Source: Bugula neritina
Lineage: Eukaryota; Animalia; Bryozoa
Direction: 5' to 3'
NCBI GenBank assembly: GCA_964035545.1
Contig: OZ037768.1
Location: forward strand, 11,502,741-11,566,740
DNA length: 64,000 nucleotides
Shown one piece after another: positions 55,908 to 64,000 of the stretch. The notes under the pieces were generated by a model. That model worked only from the letters and a program-made list of their open reading frames with translations. It had not been told where the DNA came from and ran no database searches. Within the stretch, counting starts at the first letter, position 1; each line of letters starts with the position of its first letter. The translations under genes were made by a program, and so were the position numbers.

Positions 55908-58900
55908 ATGGGAGGCTGTTGTTGTTGTCCAGGAAACAGAGAGGTGAGTTGCCATGGTGATTGTTATTATCGGTCAATAGAGAAAAGATCCTTCTGTAAA
56001 AGCTCTGTGTATTGGGGTGTTAGAATGTATTGCATGGGTTGAATAACCTCATGAGGAACTAACAAATTAGGGAAAGAATCTAATTATATTCTTGCTACTA
56101 TCATTACACATTGTGGAAGTTTATCATATCTCGAGCACTTAGGTGACTTAGCAATACTGTACCTGGTAATGGCTTTGCAGACTCATGGTAATGGCTAATC
56201 TGATGATTGAGTGAGTCAGTACCATCATATAACATACATTCTGTGTTCTATTTTAGCGTGAGCACCCTGCACTAGGTAGTCCCTTGAAGAAGAGATCATG
56301 CACGGATATACCTTGCTTCATTGTCTTCTTCCTATACTGGGGAGGAATGGTAGGCTATCCTATTGATTATTGCCACATCTCAGGCATGAAATGTTGGTTT
56401 TTGTACTCAATGGTGATGTCATGCTATATTTCTATCTAGGAAGTGTGTGAAGAAACTGTATGAGTAGTGATGGTCCAGTGAATGAATTTTTTATGGTGAC
56501 TTTCACTATTTTGTTTTCCAGTTTAGATAATTGAGAGCATGCATTGTATTTAAGATGTGAAGCATGCTCATTGTGTAATCACTCATAATGCTTGCAAATT
56601 GTCAAAGGGATAAGTTACCATATAATGCTTATTACATGCTTGTATTATAGTAGTATCCAGGAGTTATTTTGCTATCTACTTCTCTTTATTTTTTCAACAT
56701 ATATGATTTTTATAGGTACAGTGATTTTTATATATCTCATTAGATAAGCCTGTTGGTTAGACTGTTGGAAGCTGCAGTTATGCCTTGCTCATATAATAAC
56801 AAACAAAAGTTGAATAGAAATTTAGTTAATTGTAGAGTTACTTGGTTGATTTAGTTTGCTCAGTCAGCTCTGCTGTTTAATAATATATATTAGTTTGGTC
56901 ATTGCTTAGCAGGTATTACAGCATGTATTGTGAAATATTAGATCAGATGCATTGCAATCCACTATATAGAGAAGTTGACATGCCTGCAGAAATGCACACT
57001 GTTTATTATAAAATCAGGGTTAGGTTGATGTAATGAGTCATATTTTATACAAATTCCTGTGATGAAGGCCATTACATAGTGACATACACTTACTAGACTC
57101 AGAGCTGCCGCAGAGCATGTGGTCCCCAGTGTTGCTGTGACCCCCTTCCGTGTCTACCACAAACTCTGAATAAGTCGAGACTGTAAAAGCCCATGAGTTT
57201 TAAATAAGGAAGCGCTAAAGCTAAAATTTGTTTCCACCTAAATACTATTAGTGTTAGTTCTATAAATCTGTCCTAGTTTATGGAACTGTTTAGGTTGCTC
57301 CCTCTCTCTGAGATTTACTGCTAGCTCAGACACTCTGTTACAATTGCAGATTGGTATCCTTGTGTTCTCACTGGTGTTTGGCAGAGTTAGTAGGCTGCTT
57401 AATGGGTTTGATGACTATGGTAATACTTGTGGAGTTGTAAACAACCACCCGGAGTTTAGTGGGGAGCCATACACCAACCAAGATATGACTGACAGACCGT
57501 GAGTATAGATAGTTCTTAACCTTCTCTTATGCTACATTTCTTCTAGAACACAGGCTTTTCTCATTTTTCCCATTCCTGCACCTAACTCAACAATAAAGTT
57601 ACTGTGGCATTATTTTAGCTATCAGTTCTTTATGAACATATACAACCTGGCAGAGACGTACATGATTTGTGTGAAAGAATGTCCGACCAGGGAGCTAAAA
57701 GACCTGAGTGAAGTCTACCAGTACTACAATGAAACTGGAACTAGATTCTGTAACTACAATATTAACCCTAAGGATTACAGGTCACAGAAAGAGTGTGACC
57801 TTAGCTTCACTGGCTGCTTCGGTCCTTGCCCAGCATTCCCTGTATGGCAACAGTGAGTGAATACACTTGATATACAGATCCATCTCATTCTCACCGTAAC
57901 CGTTTTAATCCTTGTAGGTAACGGGGTATGCAGATCAACTGGCGGTCGGTATACACAATACACATTATATATTAGAGAGTCTGCTGTTTCTTCTGCGTGC
58001 CTTTCAGCAGTGTGTTTCGTAGAGAATTTTACTTGGATTTTGCAATCTAGTAATCCAAAAAATCTATCGGCAGAAGTTAGCTTGTTTGTGTGAAGCAATG
58101 GTCAAAATACTGCGCAGATTAGTAAAGCATGTTTCATCTCTTATCCATGCAATGCAGTTCAAAGTGTAAATAATATATTCATGCTTGAGTTTCATTTTTT
58201 AAAGGAAGTACTAAAAATTATGTTGATAGTGATCTAAAAGATGGAATATAAAAAAGTTATGCTTTATACTCATTAAGTAACTTTATTTATCAAAGTAAAC
58301 TATAAATTTACTTTGTCGTATGTTTATTTGGTACATTTATATTTTATTAACCTTAGTTACAGTGAGTTGGTGCTGTGTTTGTAGAGGATCTCTGTTTAGC
58401 CGCTGTCTTCCACAAGACATCATTGACAACCCTCTTAACGCTGTTGGACTGTTCACTAACAGCACTGTTCTTTCTACTTTCACGCAGTTCTTTAGTCAGT
58501 ATCGGTTCTTCAATGAACTGGCTGCCAGTTTTTATACAGTTCGTTACGACATCCTCTATCTCATGCTGATAGCGCTAGGTGAGTGGGAACTTCTATGTGT
58601 GTTTTTGTTTTTGGCATGAGTTTAGAACTCGCTTACGATAGTGAAAACCAAATCTCTGCTATGAAATGAATAGATAAATTGTTGTGTCTAACTTATGTTT
58701 ACATTAATCTATAAATGTGTATTTTGACTGTCATATACATATACAATTCTTTTAATTTTACTTCTTTCAAGATAGCCCCCAAATATATTCAAATAGTGTT
58801 GTTGCTTTGCAAGTTTTAAAGCCTAGTTTTGGCGTAGGGAAAATAAACGTATATGTGCTCACGTAATAAAATTTGGCTACTTTTAGATCCCTAATCAGTT

Positions 58901-61900
58901 CATAATGCTAGGCTGTCATCCGTAATTATTAAATAATTTAGTTCTCCCGTCTCTCAATTCTCTCCAAATGATTTACTTCTCACCTGCTCCATATGGCTTT
59001 AAGTAGCTCTAGTTAGAATATACTGCCAATTTAATAAACTCCTTGATGTATTTAGATGCTTTATGTGACACCAGCTTATGATATGCAGTATATATAGAGT
59101 TCTCTTTTATTTGATTTAGTATGATACAGTGTAGTATTTTATATTGCTAGTGTTGTTCATTAGCTCTTGAATATGATTATAAATTTAGTTTGTAACTAAA
59201 AACTCTCATTTGGTCTCATATCTATTTTCAGGAACTAATTTATATTTTATGTCTTAAATACATCAAATACAAAAATCCATTATTTTAAAAGTCTTGTTAA
59301 AGAATTACTTCCTAAAAATATACATGAGAAGGCATAGGCATAATCTTTTAGTGAAAATACTTGAAAATACTTGCATGTGATTATTTTATGTGACTTTCCT
59401 TTAGCTAATAATATTGTAGATTACTTTTTCTGCACCATATTGTCATACAGGTAGCCAATACTCTGTTAGCTTGTATATTTTAGTATAGGTTTATTACCTG
59501 ATTTATTTACATTTTAATAGATAATTTAACCATAATTGTGTTATTATGTTACAGGTTTGGCTCTGATACTTGTGTTTATGCTGAGATTTGTAATCAAGAT
59601 CGTCGTCTGGTTCATTGTAATTGTCACTGCATTGGTTGCTATTGGTAAGCATCTATTGTATCTTTTTATTTTCTAAGTTTTTATGTTAAATTAATTTTTA
59701 CATTTTCATGTTTCAACAATGGCTGTGGCAACTGTTAAGTTGCTTGTTGCATATCCATCACCTACTTGAAATTTATTATGGTGAAATTTTCTCTGTTGTC
59801 ATCCAGGTGGTACTGCTGCATTGTGGGTGACATACTATCGACTTCAGGTCGGCCTAGATCCTCAGCTGCAGCACACTGTACCTTTAATAAGAATCATGGT
59901 GGACGCCAGAACTGCCTTTCTAGTCTACAGTATTGTAGCCACAGTTTTTACTGTAAGTGCAGTTAGCAGGGTATATGTGTACAGAGTTAACAATTTTTAT
60001 GTTTTAGTTGTTTCCTAAACATCTCAAAGCTTTGTTTGATGATCACAGGATTCTATTGAAGTTACGGTGTATGTAAAACCGAACTATCTCAACATGCTTG
60101 CTATATTACTAGAAAAACTCACTCAAGTTTCTAGTCACTATTTCGGTGAGAATTCGTGATGGAAAGGGTTTTATAAAGTGGGCTAAGTACTTATTCATAT
60201 GTGGCTCAGAAGAAATTATGACTGGAGGCTTTTCCTAACATCACGGCTGCCCGTGTTTGGACTGGAACCACTGACCTCGTGTTTATTAGGTCACCACTCT
60301 AACCACTACACCACTGCTGCTCCCGCTTACTATATTACTGTGTTATTTTAGGTTATCTTGCTGCTAGTGATTCTGGTGATGAGAAAGAGACTTCAGCTGG
60401 CCGTGGCATTGTTTCAGGAAGCTGGGCGAGTTCTGGAACATTCTCCATTGATCTTAATTCAGCCAGTCTGGACATACCTGTTCCAGCTGATCATACTAGT
60501 TGGCGGCATCGTAATGCTCATACTCTGTGCCGGCATCAGTTAGTTTTGCTTACTCTGTCCTCTTAATCAAGAGTAATATTACAACTTGTGAAAGCTCCAC
60601 CACGATTGGCTCATATTTAAATATATATTTCCAACATGACATAAATTTTAACTTTTGATAAGTACTTTACGCATATATATTTTTAAAACAGAAATTATAT
60701 TGGCATATTTTAACTTTTGCTTTGTTATAAATAACATGTATGTTTATGGTCATTTAAACTTACAGCCGACCCAGTGGCAGTTGAGGACATGTTGAGGGTT
60801 GATGCTAATGGGACGCATCATATATATCAGTTTATTGATCGGCCATTTGTGCCTTACTTTTGGTGGTACATAGTCATTGGTGTGGTGTGGATGGTGGAGT
60901 TTGCCAACGCTATACAGCAGCTAGTTGTGGCGGGCACAGTGGCAGAGTGGTTCTTCACCAGGTTAGTTCAATAGCCTTTCTTGAGCTGCGTTCATTTTGT
61001 CACATAGGAGGAAACTCTGAATGTATGGTGGACATCTAATAAATGCTAGTGTGTACCCAGAAGCTTGATTTAGTAAAACATCTTCACTTATTAATTTGCT
61101 AAAATCCTACAAACTATGTTTGAAAAATTTAGATTCACTTTAAACATTTTAGTAGGACTTGCCGTGTCTTGTTATTATTGATGTTACTTTGTAGAGACAA
61201 GAAGAGTCTGAGCTGTATTCTCTGCAAAGCCACCTCACGGACTGTACTGTATCACCTGGGTTCTGCTGCTTTCGGCTCCTTCCTCATCACTCTGGTCAGA
61301 ATACCGAGATACATTCTCATGAAAGTAAATCAGAAGTAAGTCACACATTTGTTGTGATGTATATATGAATCTGCAGTATCTATAGACATGCTTGCAAGGT
61401 ATACGGTAGCTATACTTGCTAATCAAACTTATAATGGCAGTATATTCAAAACATTAGAGCTTGAACTTTATTTTGTCATGGTTTCATCATTTTTAATTTA
61501 ACAATAATGATACATATACCACTTTTATTACTCTCTATTTATATGTTGTGTTTCCCAGGATTCTTCTACACCTAATAGTATTCTGGTATATTTATTTCAC
61601 CCAGGATTAAAGACGGTTCAAATGAGTGCGCTAAATTTATGCTCAAGTGTTGCATATGCTGCCTCTATTGCCTTGAGAAATGTTTGCGATACATCAACCG
61701 TAATGCTTACATTGTCATAGGTAAATATTTAACATATCATGTTACATAAACTGTCAGCAAACTTTTGGCATCATGCATGAATCTTCTATCAAAATATATT
61801 GCTCTGCCTTCTTCAACGCATAAGTTCATCTTATTGTTGTGATCACCTTATTATATTAATTTATATTATGTAGTAGTTGTATAATGTTGTATTATTTTAG

Positions 61901-63637
61901 CCATCAGTTCTACCAACTTTTGTGTGGCGCGTGTCAAAGCCTTCCACACTCTCCTTAGCAACGTTCTTAGAGTACTGGCTATTAATACTGTGGGAGATTT
62001 TGTGCTGTTTCTTGGCAAAGTGCTGGTTATGGCTACCAATGTCATCATTGCCTTCTTCATGTTTGATGTTTGTATTCTGTCTTACTCACTTCCTATTCCT
62101 CTCTAGTTTTTGTTTTTGGCGTAAGACATCTAATCAAGCATCAGTATAAGATGCTTTAATTCAGCTGTCAAAGTTATAGTGAAGATAAAAATTTAACTGA
62201 AATGACCAATATTTGTTATTTTAAATTGAGAGTATGAGCTGGTTTAATCTTAGATGTTACTTTATTACAGTTATCAATTAGGGTTTTACCAAACTGGTCA
62301 CTGTTGTATTTCCCTTTTAATTTTAAGTACATGTGTTGTTTTCATAAGTTACCTTTTTTCATAATAGTCATTAGTTTTTTTTGTAATTTTTAGTGCATAT
62401 TATTCTCAGCACTTAGTCTGTCCATATTAGGTGATTTCTGTAAAAATAAGCTGGTTATTTTTTAAAAAGTAGTGATGTGCTAAATGCAATAAGTTTTTCA
62501 AATCCAAGAATTTATCGAATCAATGTATTCTGATTTGCTGGGCAGTTTGGGATAATTGTTATTTGTGAGAAACAAGCTAATTTTTTATAAGACTTGCTGC
62601 AAACATAATGTAACAAGCATCGCCAAAAACATTTCTCTGTTTTTATTGGATATGCAAATTTTGGCTAGCACAAATTTTTTAGCATTAGCATTGAGATGTA
62701 TTTTTCAGCACAATTTTATATTATGGTGGCCAATTTAAATAGTCGTCTTTTTGTAAGAAAGTACATTATGTGAAATGACGATCTGCTAAAAATGCTGGGA
62801 ACAATTTTTTTTAAGTGTTTTAAATGGTTATTATTTTTGATAATTATGCTAAAATGCTGCTCACGTTTCATATAAAATATTCTGTATGATGTCTAGTGTG
62901 GTTGTGTTTTCAGCGTCACAACGCCGGAGCATCGTATGGAAACAGGAATCTCTTCTTCCTTCCAATGCTTGGAATCGCTATCTTCTCCTATTTGATTGCT
63001 CACTGCTTCCTCAGCAGCTTTGAAGTAAGTAGATAACAGCTGTTACATGAAACTATCTCTTAATCAACATACTGACTACAGAATACATGTCCCAGTATGC
63101 ATTGCATTACTGGGTCTGAGAAATTATCTTTAGCGCATCAGGACTTGAACCCCAAGCTGCAACTTGATACATTATCCTAGTATACAGTCATAGTATACAG
63201 TCATAGTGTACAGCTAAAGTATGTGGTTGAAGTATGCCGCTATATTATACAGTTATAGTGTACAGTTATAGTAAACAGTCATAGTGTGCAACCATAGTAT
63301 GATGCAGTCATAGTGTGCAGCCATAGTATGATGCAGTCATAGACTCATAGTATACAGTCATAGTTGACATAACTGTAGTACATTGAATCAGATTATACTG
63401 ACTATTACTATATAAGTCATAATGCAGTCATAGTACAATGAGTCATAGTATAATGAGTCATAGTCATAATACAGTCATAGTCATAATACAGTCATAGTAC
63501 ACAGATAAGGGGCAGGCAGTAAAAGTTGCTCAACATTGTAGATGCTAGTGGATACTTTGCTTCTATGTTTCTGTGAAGATGTAAAACAGAATGATGGTAC
63601 AGAGGAAAAGCCCTACTACATGAGCAAACACCTTATG
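55908..63637 (+). CDS. SLC44A1: Choline transporter-like protein (SLC44/CTL family, CTL1-like; final exon(s) beyond window)
   Basis: Exons 55908-55943, 56257-56349, 57350-57498, 57619-57852, 58385-58578, 59555-59644, 59807-59952, 60352-60538, 60766-60961, 61195-61335, 61605-61720, 61901-62067, 62914-63024, 63542-63637. Motifs KRSCTDIPC, GFDDYGNTCG, ICVKECP, YHLGSAAFGSFLI, CCICCLYCLEKCLRYINRNAY, VDTLLLCFCED, PYYMS. The MGGCCCC N-terminus resembles CTL1. Confidence 0.93.
60115..60324 (-). mobile_element. tRNA-derived SINE, copy D, antisense in an SLC44 intron
   Basis: Reverse complement GGGAGCAGCAGTGGTGTAGTGGTTAGAG (A-box)...GGTTCCAGTCC (B-box)...GTGATGTTAGGAAAAGCCTCCAGTCATAA...AATAAGTACTTAGCCC. 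Confidence 0.85.
63178..63502 (+). repeat. Degenerate ~13-bp minisatellite (TATACAGTCATAG)
   Basis: Tandem variants visible, ending ~40 nt before the SLC44 acceptor at 63541. Confidence 0.85.
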
Positions 63638-64000
63638 GTATGCGCATCTTATTTGCCAGTATTTTATATTAAATATTTTCTTCAAGTTTTTGTGATAGCA
63701 GAAGATATTGCCATGTTGTTGATATATGTTATATACATATAATATATATAACATATATATTGTTGATATGTGATTTTGGTTTAATATAGTCCATAGATCA
63801 TCTATCAGCTGGATTCGAGCTTTGAAGCTTAAATTGGAATTTTCTTTTCATTTTTTGTCAAAGGTGTCAAAAATAAATCTCTTGATCTTTTCGAGTAATG
63901 ACTAATGAAATGGAAAGCAAAAATTACTCAAATTTTCTGAAAATTGACGAATACAAATGCAATATCCGTGTAGCTTTTTTCTGATGATTGGGTGAAATCA

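Noticed and set aside
63090-63185. B-box-like GGTTCAAGTCC on the minus strand (second SINE type?)
   Set aside because: Single short fragment with no second copy in the window to confirm.

Overview
AT-rich, intron-dense animal (invertebrate-like) genomic DNA, not prokaryotic. I reconstructed five protein-coding genes exon by exon with consistent splice phases. (1) A divergent chondroitin-polymerizing-factor gene (CHPF-like, minus strand, running off the left edge). (2) Head-to-head with it, a complete 26S proteasome ATPase PSMC5/Rpt6 (plus, 11 coding exons). (3) Tail-to-tail with PSMC5, a complete ~31 kb RIM/UNC-10 active-zone gene (minus; Rab-binding/Zn finger, PDZ, C2A, PxxP, C2B). (4) Head-to-head with RIM, a complete DCAF13/SOF1 (plus, 10 coding exons). 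(5) A choline transporter-like SLC44/CTL gene (plus, running off the right edge). Non-coding content includes four copies of a tRNA-headed SINE, one MITE, several micro/minisatellites and promoter-proximal low-complexity fold-back zones. Most entries in the ORF track are repeat or intron artefacts. I found no convincing new multi-gene system. The most unusual signals concern splicing architecture: a fold-back palindrome across a CHPF splice acceptor, antisense SINE heads ~26-40 nt from 3' splice sites in three genes, AG-rich satellites abutting acceptors, a GC-AG intron, two unrelated 324-nt RIM cassette exons, and a RIM exon pair with an in-frame UGA.
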